Positions 8,692 to 16,822 of a DNA stretch of 64,000 nt are shown in pieces. Location: the IMG/VR virus record IMGVR_UViG_3300029798_000001. The stretch is one strand, 5' to 3'. Positions within the stretch are counted from its first letter, which is position 1, and every line of letters begins with the position of its first letter. The notes under the pieces are model-generated. The model made no database searches, was not told the origin of the DNA, and saw only the letters and a program-made list of their open reading frames with translations. The DNA is from a virus (Duplodnaviria; Caudoviricetes). The position numbers and the translations under genes are program-made.

Positions 8692-8843
8692 TGCAAGTAG
8701 GAGATCAAGTTCGGGTAGTAGGACAAGACACCACAGGTTCCGTTGTGGAAATGTCTGGTAATAAGGCGGTTATCGACGATGACGCTGCCGAAACCGATGA
8801 CTGTCGTTTAGAATTTCATATCAGTGACCTGGAGACCGTATAA
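8691..8843 (+). CDS. 50-aa SH3/KOW-like small protein ending LETV (not in track)
   Basis: TAATG-coupled; MQVGDQVRVVGQDTTGSVVE...SDLETV. Confidence 0.6.
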   Translation: MQVGDQVRVVGQDTTGSVVEMSGNKAVIDDDAAETDDCRLEFHISDLETV

Positions 8844-9019
8844 TGACAAATCCTATTCCGTTAAATGGTATGTTTGTTACCCCAAATAGTCTTGCTGATC
8901 TGGTCGAAATGATTGACCAAATTGGCACGCCAGAAGAACAGCGTATGGCATGGCTAGGTGCAAGTATGGCCCTAAATCTAGCTCATATGCTACACGAAAA
9001 ATCTTTAATGACGGTGTAA
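8843..9019 (+). CDS. 58-aa small protein ending LMTV (not in track)
   Basis: TAATG-coupled; MTNPIPLNGMFVTP...EKSLMTV. Confidence 0.55.
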   Translation: MTNPIPLNGMFVTPNSLADLVEMIDQIGTPEEQRMAWLGASMALNLAHMLHEKSLMTV

Positions 9020-9031
9020 TGCAAGTGTAAT
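9014..9031 (+). promoter_or_regulatory. Pho-box-like 11-bp-spaced direct repeat
   Basis: GTGTAAT-gcaa-GTGTAAT versus PhoB consensus CTGTCAT-N4-CTGT(C/A)A(C/T). Confidence 0.4.
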
Positions 9032-9048
9032 AATATACATACTAAATA

Positions 9049-9118
9049 GAAATGCGGGCACAAGATAAGGTGTCGCTAGATCCGTAACTAGCACTAAAGA
9101 GCCCTGGCTCTTTTTTTA
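9049..9118 (+). ncRNA. Candidate small RNA (hairpin plus intrinsic terminator) upstream of plcP-like gene
   Basis: After TAAATA 9043; GTG-TC-GCTAG/ATCCGTAA/CTAGC-AC hairpin, then AAAGAGC-CCTG-GCTCTTT and T-run. Confidence 0.45.
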
Positions 9119-9120
9119 TG

Positions 9121-9138
9121 GCGTAATAAAATTGTCAT
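9121..9138 (+). promoter_or_regulatory. Pho-box-like element
   Basis: GCGTAAT-AAAA-TTGTCAT, close to PhoB consensus, 33 nt upstream of plcP-like ATG. Confidence 0.5.
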
Positions 9139-9171
9139 ATCTTTTTCTCTGGCATTGCAGTAAATAAGCGT

Positions 9172-9972
9172 ATGCCAGAAAAAACTTACCGAAGTATTTT
9201 TATTAGCGATGTTCATCTAGGCACTCGTGACTGTAAAGCCGGAGCACTCAACAACTTTCTCAAAAACAACACCTGCGAAACATTATATCTTGTAGGCGAT
9301 ATAATCGATGCGTGGAAAATTCAACAGAATAAATGGCGTTGGAAACAAAGCCACACCAATGTGATCCGTCGCATCATGGGTCATGCCAAGCGTGGTACTC
9401 GTGTGGTGTATGTGGCTGGTAACCATGATGAATTCCTCCGCCCACTGATACCATTAGGTATTGGATTTGGTCTTATCGAAGTGGTAAATCAAACAGAACA
9501 CACAGGAGTAGATGGCAGGAATTATTTGGTCACACATGGTGATTTGTTTGATGGTATTACAAGACTGGCACCTTGGTTAGCATTTTTAGGTGACAAACTC
9601 TACGATTTTGTCTTAGACTTAAATTCAAAGTTTAATGCTGTGCGTCATAAACTTAGATTGGGCTACTGGAGTCTAAGCAAATATCTCAAATACAAAGTCA
9701 AAAAAGCTAGTGACTTTTTGTTTCAATTTGAACGAAATCTTGCCGCATATTGCAAAAAGCGTGGCTACGATGGTGTGATATGCGGGCACATACACCATGC
9801 AGAAATTAAAGAGATTGATGGCGTTACATATATGAATGATGGAGATTGGGTCGAATCAATGACAGCATTGGTCGAACATCACGACGGGCGTTGGGAGATA
9901 GTAACTTGGACACAGGAGACTGATGATGTGGTTGCTGATAATACTGGCAGTGAACATAAACAATCCTGCTGA
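9172..9972 (+). CDS. plcP: PlcP-like metallophosphoesterase (COG2908/LpxH-like; phospholipase C-type)
   Basis: SDVHLG, LVGDIID, GNHD, THGD, CGHIH, NDGDWVES; GNHD rather than LpxH GNRD; paired with GT4. Confidence 0.75.
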   Translation: MPEKTYRSIFISDVHLGTRDCKAGALNNFLKNNTCETLYLVGDIIDAWKIQQNKWRWKQSHTNVIRRIMGHAKRGTRVVYVAGNHDEFLRPLIPLGIGFGLIEVVNQTEHTGVDGRNYLVTHGDLFDGITRLAPWLAFLGDKLYDFVLDLNSKFNAVRHKLRLGYWSLSKYLKYKVKKASDFLFQFERNLAAYCKKRGYDGVICGHIHHAEIKEIDGVTYMNDGDWVESMTALVEHHDGRWEIVTWTQETDDVVADNTGSEHKQSC

Positions 9973-10099
9973 TCAACCCGGACGGATAACCATTGAATTT
10001 GATAATGAACAGGCTTGTGTTCGTGCTCAGCATAGTGTAAAATATCAATTCAAATTTGAAGGATTCAAGGTCCAATCACAATGCCAAAAACTATATTAG
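9923..10099 (+). CDS. 58-aa small exported/membrane protein (not in track)
   Basis: CAGGAG SD; MMWLLIILAV...ACVRAQ...QCQKLY, overlapping both neighbours. Confidence 0.4.
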   Translation: MMWLLIILAVNINNPADQPGRITIEFDNEQACVRAQHSVKYQFKFEGFKVQSQCQKLY

Positions 10100-11088
10100 T
10101 AGTAACTGACAATGTTCCAAATCAAATCAATGGAGTGGTCACAACTTTCAAAGCCCTGGAAGACCACTGTAATAGTAACGGGCATCGTATTGTATATATT
10201 AATCCCAGGGAGTTCCCTCATTTTGCTTGCCCTGGTTATCCTGAAGTTAAAATCTGCTGGCCACACGGCATTTCAAAGAAGATTAAGGCGTTACAGCCGG
10301 CGTATATTCACATTGCCACCGAAGGACCAGTAGGCTTATTCGCGAGGTGGTGGTGTGAGCGCAATCATATTCCTTATAATACTAGTTATCATACTGACTT
10401 TGCCAAGTTCCTAAAGAAAATGTATGGCATGCCAGAGTCTTGGACTTGGTGGTATCTTCGTTGGTTCCATAAGAATAGTCACCGGGTATTGGTTACAACC
10501 GAAAGCATTAGACAAGAATTAGTTGCACGAGGTTTTCAAAATCTGCGGGTATGGACCCGGGGAGTAGATAGAACCGTCTTTAACAGCAGTCACCGTGGTG
10601 AAACTGTGGCAGGCCGTCCTATCCTACTGTCAGTAGGCCGTGTTAGTGTTGAAAAAGGTCTAGATGATTTTTGTCGATTAGAAATTCCTGGTGCTACTAA
10701 AATTGTAGTAGGCGATGGCCCATACCGTAGAGATTTAGAACGCAGATATCCCGAGATACATTTTGTAGGAACAAAAACCGGAACGCAGTTGGCCCGTTAC
10801 TATGCTCAAGCCGATGTATTTGTATTTCCAAGTCGTGCTGATACCTTTGGAGTGGTCAACATTGAAGCCCTAGCCTGCGGAACTCCGGTAGCGGCCTATC
10901 CTGTTGCTGGACCCAAGGATATCGTTGAACCAGGCCTGACTGGATTCCTTAACGATAATCTACAATCGGCAGTAGAACAGTGTATGACACTAGATCGTTC
11001 CTGGGTAGAAGATGCTAGCCTAAAATGGACTTGGGCAGAGTGCTGGCATATATTTGAAGAAAACCTAATAGACTGTTCTGTAGTCTAA
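10081..11088 (+). CDS. GT4 glycosyltransferase, Agt-like (glycosyl-diacylglycerol synthase)
   Basis: ILVVTD..PNQINGVVTT, HIATEGPVG, SVGRVSVEKGLDDF, FPSRADTFGVVNIEALACGTPV. Confidence 0.8.
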   Translation: MPKTILVVTDNVPNQINGVVTTFKALEDHCNSNGHRIVYINPREFPHFACPGYPEVKICWPHGISKKIKALQPAYIHIATEGPVGLFARWWCERNHIPYNTSYHTDFAKFLKKMYGMPESWTWWYLRWFHKNSHRVLVTTESIRQELVARGFQNLRVWTRGVDRTVFNSSHRGETVAGRPILLSVGRVSVEKGLDDFCRLEIPGATKIVVGDGPYRRDLERRYPEIHFVGTKTGTQLARYYAQADVFVFPSRADTFGVVNIEALACGTPVAAYPVAGPKDIVEPGLTGFLNDNLQSAVEQCMTLDRSWVEDASLKWTWAECWHIFEENLIDCSVV

Positions 11089-11172
11089 AAACAACGGTTT
11101 AAAACCCCTTTAAATAGGGGTTTTTTATGAGTTGACCAAATGGTTGACCCAAAATGGACGATAGCTTATAAT
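11078..11172 (+). repeat. Terminator-promoter cassette, copy 1
   Basis: CTGTAGTCTAAAAACAAC, hairpin with TTAAAT loop, then TTGACC-N17-TATAAT; copy 2 at 33991. Confidence 0.7.
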
Positions 11173-11202
11173 GTATGTATAGTGAATAAAAAGGAGCAAG
11201 AA

Positions 11203-11466
11203 ATGACTACATTACAAGTGCAAAAGGGTGATACAATCCGTGCTTACGATTTTAAACCGCTTAAAGGTCGCGAAGACTGTTTTATTGAAGGCGAAGTGTT
11301 GGATACTAATAACACTGAACACGGTTACCAAGCATACAAGATTCGCGTGGTTCGCGACAGCTGGAGTGACAGTGAGGATGCGGGTCGTAAGGGTATTGAA
11401 ATGTTTGTGCCTTGGAGAGTGAGTTTTAACGAGTTCCAAGGTCGTATCATGAACTTATCAAGATAA
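11203..11466 (+). CDS. Hypothetical early protein (SH3-like)
   Basis: AAGGAG SD, start reassigned to 11203. Confidence 0.7.
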   Translation: MTTLQVQKGDTIRAYDFKPLKGREDCFIEGEVLDTNNTEHGYQAYKIRVVRDSWSDSEDAGRKGIEMFVPWRVSFNEFQGRIMNLSR

Positions 11467-11477
11467 GGAAAAGTAAA

Positions 11478-11675
11478 ATGGCTTACAACAGAAAAAATCA
11501 TGTGATACAAGTGGCAGATGCTATCTGCGAAGACTTGGGTCACGACAGTTATAAAGCACTTGACGCAGAAGATATTGATTATATTGCTGTAGAAGTTCAG
11601 TGCAATTACGAAGGTGTTTGTGAAATACTTAACATTCCGTTGCCTGCATCGCTTGGTCCGGTAATGGCAGAATAA
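11478..11675 (+). CDS. Hypothetical protein
   Basis: AAGGA SD, 65 aa. Confidence 0.6.
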   Translation: MAYNRKNHVIQVADAICEDLGHDSYKALDAEDIDYIAVEVQCNYEGVCEILNIPLPASLGPVMAE

Positions 11676-11793
11676 GGCTGTAATGGGGTCGTGCGATCCT
11701 TGGGGAGCCTTGATACCTCAGAAACTTGCAGTCACTTTTTGCTAGTTTTTGACTCAAAATAAAAACTAGCATTTATTAACAAAAGGAGCAACG

Positions 11794-12192
11794 ATGAAAA
11801 AACGATTAACAGAAGAACAACGAGACCTTTGGGCCGAATTGACTAATGATTATTCGTATCTTGCTCGTAAACAATCTCCCGAAAACTTGGCTCATACCAT
11901 TGGTGAAAAACTACAAGGAAAAAGTCAAGAAATTGTAAATCGTGTTATTGATCAATGTTTTGGTATTGTAATGCGTCGCCGAGTTTCTAAAATAGATCGA
12001 ATCTTAATCATCCGACTTTGGTTAACCAAGTATAATTTACCAATGATTCCAAGTCAAATGAGTTGGTTTGATGTGTTTCATAACACCCATGGACCATTGA
12101 TTATAAAATGTGGATCTGGTTTTGGGTATAATCTTACTACTGAGCAGGAAGAATTTCGTCGTAAAATATCAAACTTAGAATTTAGTAGTTGA
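11794..12192 (+). CDS. Hypothetical protein
   Basis: AAGGAG SD, 132 aa. Confidence 0.65.
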   Translation: MKKRLTEEQRDLWAELTNDYSYLARKQSPENLAHTIGEKLQGKSQEIVNRVIDQCFGIVMRRRVSKIDRILIIRLWLTKYNLPMIPSQMSWFDVFHNTHGPLIIKCGSGFGYNLTTEQEEFRRKISNLEFSS

Positions 12193-12242
12193 CCAAAAAA
12201 TCCATTTAGGGTATAATAGTTACTTACATAACAGGAGCAGGT

Positions 12243-12419
12243 ATGAAGACCACAGTAGACTTAATTAAAATTGCCGATCGGATTGCTGACTTAACCGCAG
12301 ACGAGCGAGTTAGATTAGGCCGTATCTTGGTACACGAATACAGCCAGGATGCTTGCGATGTAAAAGATGGCATTGAAGACGGGTTTATCCTTTTAGAAAA
12401 AGAATTGGGGTTGGTATGA
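12243..12419 (+). CDS. 58-aa hypothetical protein (not in track)
   Basis: CAGGAG SD after early promoter; MKTTVDLIKIADRIADL...ELGLV. Confidence 0.6.
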   Translation: MKTTVDLIKIADRIADLTADERVRLGRILVHEYSQDACDVKDGIEDGFILLEKELGLV

Positions 12420-12595
12420 TTTGTCCACATTGTAACACCAAATTGGTAACCTTTTTGTACCGAGGTTACTACGATAGCTTTTACGGCTACAAGTGTGCTT
12501 GCGAAACTTTGCCTAAAGAGGCAGACTCTCGGGCAATCACTGGTGCCTATGCTTACGGGCATGAATGGGATCCTGTTGAGGAGGACTTGGTATGA
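12416..12595 (+). CDS. 59-aa zinc-ribbon-like protein (not in track)
   Basis: MICPHCNTK...YKCACE; ATGA overlaps at both ends. Confidence 0.55.
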   Translation: MICPHCNTKLVTFLYRGYYDSFYGYKCACETLPKEADSRAITGAYAYGHEWDPVEEDLV

Positions 12596-12933
12596 AATTT
12601 ACCACAGATGCCAATATGAATTTTAGCAGTTTAAAAGGCGAGTTTCCTATTACCTATGCAGAGCTTGTTGAAATATTTGGAAAACCAAAGTATGGTCCTA
12701 ATGCCGACTTGGACAAGACCACTTGCGAATGGGCACTTACATTTGAAGACGGTGTAAAAGCTTCAATATACGACTACAAGACTAACCAAACTCCTATGTT
12801 TGAATATGAATGGCATATTGGTGGGTTTGATGCTGAAGCCTACACTCATGTAGTAGATGAGATTATTCATCATCGCGATCGGTTGGTTAAGATGGTTCGT
12901 GAGTATAAACCCAATGAGCGTGTATCAGGATGA
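12592..12933 (+). CDS. Hypothetical phage protein
   Basis: GAGGAGG SD; ITYAELVEIFGKP...CEW...IYDYK...WHIGG. Confidence 0.7.
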   Translation: MKFTTDANMNFSSLKGEFPITYAELVEIFGKPKYGPNADLDKTTCEWALTFEDGVKASIYDYKTNQTPMFEYEWHIGGFDAEAYTHVVDEIIHHRDRLVKMVREYKPNERVSG

Positions 12934-13298
12934 AGTGTTTCCAGGAGACAACTGAATGGAAAGTAGATTTCGCTATGAAGAACCATGTTTACTTCTTGAG
13001 TGACAGTAAAGACAAGATGTACGGCTATGTAAAAGCCAGCACAGGTGAGATTCAAGAAATGGCGACACCATACAAGTTTAAGGTTAGTGGTCGTAAGTTT
13101 AAGGAAGTTGCAAACACCTGGGGATTCTTCCCAAAAGAGGAATTGGTCCTAGTTGGTGAAACTCACAAGGTTCCTGGAAGCAAGGGTGCAGTTTATACTG
13201 TAACTAACGATAGAGGATCATGGAGTTGTAGCTGTCCCTCGGCCAAATGGCAAAAGGCCGAGTGCAAGCATATTGTAAAATTAAAGGCCGAAGCGTAG
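12930..13298 (+). CDS. SWIM zinc-finger protein
   Basis: YTV...WSCSCP...CKHI. Confidence 0.75.
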   Translation: MKCFQETTEWKVDFAMKNHVYFLSDSKDKMYGYVKASTGEIQEMATPYKFKVSGRKFKEVANTWGFFPKEELVLVGETHKVPGSKGAVYTVTNDRGSWSCSCPSAKWQKAECKHIVKLKAEA

Positions 13299-13306
13299 TT
13301 ATCTGC

Positions 13307-16300
13307 TTATATACTAATTGATTCTGTTACTTCGGTAGCAAGCAATCGATTTACATATCCTTTGATCATCTCTAGTTCAAAGGATTGTTCTTGTAATCGT
13401 AATCCAGAAACAAATCGACTTTCAATTTCAGCAAACTCCGACAAGTTTCTGTTGACTACAACATCCTTAACAAACTTCATATCCGTAATAGGATAGATAT
13501 TATTAAAGCGGCAACTTGTTAATATGCTGTCAGCAAATAGGTTAATATGGTGATCGGTGATTATGTTATAGTGTTCAATCGTGTCCCAAATTAGCTCACG
13601 TTTAACTAGAGTAATTTCTTGTCCGTGTTCATTTACTGTGACGGTACCAACTGGTGTATCATCACTCATTGGATATGTAAATGTGCCAGCCTGTTTGTTA
13701 AAGATTCTATGCTGATCAAATGTACGCAGTCTAGTTCCGTCACTAAATGTTAACTGGTTATACCGAGTTCCAGTTTCGCCACGCTTGATCCATAATGGTC
13801 GGGCTTGTGCATATTGTCCTAGATCAAAGTTCCATGTCAATAATAAATCACCATTGTTGATATCTTCGATTGGTTTGTAAGTTCCGTCAGCTAGGCTGAT
13901 CATTGTTCCTTTTAGTAAACATAGACCTGAAAATCCAACCTCGGGGCCGGAATAATATGTGCCTGCATTGGTAGTAACATAGGCGTATACAGTAAATGGT
14001 TGGTCTGATGTGCCGGTGCTAATTGTAATTTTTTCTGTGCCCGGGATATTGGCAAGATTACCAGCAACATATTTGTCAACAGTGCTACCGGAAGTGACAA
14101 TAACACCATATTCTATGACCGGGGCCACATTGGCCACCAATACATTGGCGTATCCTGATCCACCGCTGGTTTCGTATTCACTACTGGTTTTAGTAATTGT
14201 AATTGATTGTATAGTAGGCAGAATATTTTGACTAGGAACCGATGCTGCACCCACACCAGTGAGTTGACTGCCGTTACCAAACAAGTAAGAACCAGTGATG
14301 TTACCTACAGCACTAATGTTGCCTGATGTAGTTAGGTTACCGGTATTATCAAATGTCCACGAACCTTGTAGGCCATTGCCAGTGTAGGTGCTGATGTTTA
14401 TAGTGCCATCTGAACCATTGGTTATGCAACCAGCATAGAATCCGTTGGCATAGAAACTGGTCAGGCTAACTGGGCTACCGTTCCCGCCATCTAGGCCAGT
14501 CCAGCCTTTACCAGCACTACCCAAACGTCCACCTTGTGGGGTTGTCAATTCGCCTGCGGAATCAAATATCCAGGATTTAGCACCAGTAGCAGTTTGTATT
14601 GTAACTAAATTACCGGCCGCTAAGGTCGCTGAGTTACCTGAATAGTCTAAACCTAAATTTACAGCAAATGGATCAAGAATGTTGGCAGTTATGCCTGCTG
14701 TGCCTGCTGTGCCCAAAGTCCATACAGCCCCGCCACCTGGAATAGATAAGTTACCGGTGGTGTCAAAAACCCATTGTTTCTCTAATGGATCGGTACCAAT
14801 ATTAGCGTTTAGCGTTATATTACCATATGATCCAACATAACCTGGTAATGCGTTGCCGCCTAGCTCAATTCCACCGGTCCAAAATTGGCCGTCGCTGTTC
14901 AGCAATAATCTATGTCCGTTGTAGCCTAACCAAAGTCCTTCTTCTGGATCGCCAAGAGCACTAGTAATCGTGCCGCCGCCTGGTAATGTCAACAGACCAG
15001 CGTTGTCAAATGTCCAGTTCTGATATCCAGTATTGACCCCATCGCCAGTGGTTAGTTGAATAGGAGTCCAAGAATTAATTGCCAAATTAGCAAGGTTGTC
15101 AACAACATAATGATTTAACGCACCTGGAATAGATAAGTTACCGGTGGTGTCAAATGTCCAAGTTGCGTTGCCATAGCTTGTTGTCAGGGTTATATTGCTA
15201 GGTGTGCCATCTCCAGCATAGATATCGCTTGTAAAGATACCAGGAGCATTGAGATAATCGGCATACAAGGTCATCTCACCGCCATTGTCTACATATCGTA
15301 GAGTAGAATCGGCGCCAATGTTGCCAGCTACATTAATCTGAATATCACCTGCGTTACCTGCGGCACCCGCACTACCTGATCCACTATAAGGCTGACCATT
15401 GGCGTAGTTGATACTACTTGAGTTGCTGGGCAAAGTTAAATTACCAGTGTTGTCCAGCGTCCAACTTGCAGTTATACCTGATCCTGCACCTGTTTGTAAA
15501 GCAATATTACCATAGGTGTTGTTTACTTGAATAGCATTGGCATCACCATTAGCCGGAAGAACCACGGCCGCTGTTGCAGCATGTGACAAGTCTGCATTTT
15601 CTAAATAGATGCCATTGAGATCATAAATGGCATCACCGCTGAATCCAATGTTGCCGGTACTGGTTACAACGCCAGTTAATTGACTACCGTTACCGATAAA
15701 ATAATTTGCCGTAACATTGCCAGCTGTATTTAGATTTGCACCGCGGACATTACCGCTAGCACTTACTATGCCACCGGTTATTACATTCCCACTGGTTACG
15801 TTACCAGAAACGGCTAACGCATTTGTAGTATTATTAAACGTAAATCCGGCAGTTCCGCCAAATGCACCAGCATTGTTGTATTGAACTTGTGTATTAGCGC
15901 CGGCTGGAGTAGCATTGCCAGATCCACCGGTTTGTGCTGTCCAAGTTAAATTACCTGTACCATCTGTTTGCAATACATAACCGTTTGAGCCTCCTGTTAT
16001 ATGTAGATTACCAACAGCGATTGTTAATGTACCTATATTACTAATATTGGCCGTGCCAATATTAGCATAGGAAGTGTTTAGATATTGTGTATATGTGTTA
16101 AGCCAAAGTAAACTAGGTGAACCTAAATTGCGAATACGAGTTTGATCTGGAACTACGTGGGCGTTTCCCTGTATAACACCAATACCATTAGGATTTAAAA
16201 TTAAATTACCGTTGGTATTAGTGGTTAAAATACTGTTGTTGGCTATTTGAATATTAGATCCAACTGGGCCAGAGGTAAAAACATTGGCAAAGTTTAAGTT

Positions 16301-16384
16301 TACATCATTAAATGCGGTGCGTAACGGGTCGCCTGTGCCATCATTTGGTAGTGCGCCGATGTTGATTACAATGGGTTGTGACAT
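13307..16384 (-). CDS. Tail fibre/baseplate-attached fibre with C-terminal Hint domain
   Basis: Start MSQPIVINIGALPNDGTGDPLRTAF after late promoter; Gly/Asn/Thr repeats; C-terminal CLLKGTMISLADG...YNIITD...LFADSILTSC. Confidence 0.85.
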   Translation of the reverse strand: MSQPIVINIGALPNDGTGDPLRTAFNDVNLNFANVFTSGPVGSNIQIANNSILTTNTNGNLILNPNGIGVIQGNAHVVPDQTRIRNLGSPSLLWLNTYTQYLNTSYANIGTANISNIGTLTIAVGNLHITGGSNGYVLQTDGTGNLTWTAQTGGSGNATPAGANTQVQYNNAGAFGGTAGFTFNNTTNALAVSGNVTSGNVITGGIVSASGNVRGANLNTAGNVTANYFIGNGSQLTGVVTSTGNIGFSGDAIYDLNGIYLENADLSHAATAAVVLPANGDANAIQVNNTYGNIALQTGAGSGITASWTLDNTGNLTLPSNSSSINYANGQPYSGSGSAGAAGNAGDIQINVAGNIGADSTLRYVDNGGEMTLYADYLNAPGIFTSDIYAGDGTPSNITLTTSYGNATWTFDTTGNLSIPGALNHYVVDNLANLAINSWTPIQLTTGDGVNTGYQNWTFDNAGLLTLPGGGTITSALGDPEEGLWLGYNGHRLLLNSDGQFWTGGIELGGNALPGYVGSYGNITLNANIGTDPLEKQWVFDTTGNLSIPGGGAVWTLGTAGTAGITANILDPFAVNLGLDYSGNSATLAAGNLVTIQTATGAKSWIFDSAGELTTPQGGRLGSAGKGWTGLDGGNGSPVSLTSFYANGFYAGCITNGSDGTINISTYTGNGLQGSWTFDNTGNLTTSGNISAVGNITGSYLFGNGSQLTGVGAASVPSQNILPTIQSITITKTSSEYETSGGSGYANVLVANVAPVIEYGVIVTSGSTVDKYVAGNLANIPGTEKITISTGTSDQPFTVYAYVTTNAGTYYSGPEVGFSGLCLLKGTMISLADGTYKPIEDINNGDLLLTWNFDLGQYAQARPLWIKRGETGTRYNQLTFSDGTRLRTFDQHRIFNKQAGTFTYPMSDDTPVGTVTVNEHGQEITLVKRELIWDTIEHYNIITDHHINLFADSILTSCRFNNIYPITDMKFVKDVVVNRNLSEFAEIESRFVSGLRLQEQSFELEMIKGYVNRLLATEVTESISI
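14734..15154. repeat. Exact 34-bp direct repeat inside tail-fibre gene
   Basis: CACCTGGAATAGATAAGTTACCGGTGGTGTCAAA at 14734-14767 and 15121-15154 (FDTTGNLSIPG). Confidence 0.9.
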
Positions 16385-16518
16385 ATTGGGGATCCTGGTT
16401 AGCCTTTTGAAGTATTTATGGCTAGATGCTCGTCCTAAAGGCATTGCGTATTGTGCAACTTGGTGTTATAATTATTTCATGCTGTTGTTAAACAGCGTTT
16501 AACAGAGAAAGGTATCAA

Positions 16519-16782
16519 ATGAAATTTATTAATCCAGAAACTAAGACTTTTAAAGTATTTTCCGCTTTGCAAGAAGGTAAAGCATTGACAGCTAGCCAAG
16601 CAAGCAAAATGGGCGTAAAAAACCTGTCAGCTGAAGTATCACGCATTCGTGCCCACGGATTCGCTGTCTATACGAATTCTCGTAAAGCCAAAAATGGTGT
16701 GCAGGTTACAGAATATGTAATCGGAAAACCATCAAGAACACTCGTAGCCGCCGGCTATCGCGCTCTTGCATTAGGTATCTAA
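16519..16782 (+). CDS. Small winged-helix/HTH DNA-binding protein
   Basis: ALTASQASKMGVKNLSAEVSRIRAHGF; sigma70 promoter TTGCGT-N17-TATAAT upstream. Confidence 0.65.
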   Translation: MKFINPETKTFKVFSALQEGKALTASQASKMGVKNLSAEVSRIRAHGFAVYTNSRKAKNGVQVTEYVIGKPSRTLVAAGYRALALGI

Positions 16783-16822
16783 TACCTACCCGCTGTCCGA
16801 TTCAGACCGGACACTGAGCACC

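Noticed and set aside
8678-8845. CRISPR-like or guide-array reading of the GGAGACCGTATAATG repeat
   Set aside because: Only two copies 152 nt apart, both at gene junctions with coding spacers; no Cas or Nop-domain gene seen.
9172-9972. Lipid A enzyme LpxH
   Set aside because: GNHD instead of GNRD, pairing with an Agt-like GT4 and Pho-box-like sites favour PlcP; not formally excluded.
11676-11750. Hammerhead, HDV-like or ZTP riboswitch
   Set aside because: CTGANGA/GAAA core, P1.1 GG with catalytic C, and the ZTP pseudoknot are all absent.
13307-13921. Canonical splicing intein
   Set aside because: Lacks the terminal His-Asn, block B is degenerate, and there is no homing endonuclease; treated as a cleavage-only Hint domain.
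14734-15154. Diversity-generating retroelement TR/VR pair in tail fibres
   Set aside because: No reverse transcriptase in the window; the repeats are exact or differ at non-adenine-specific sites and lie mid-gene.
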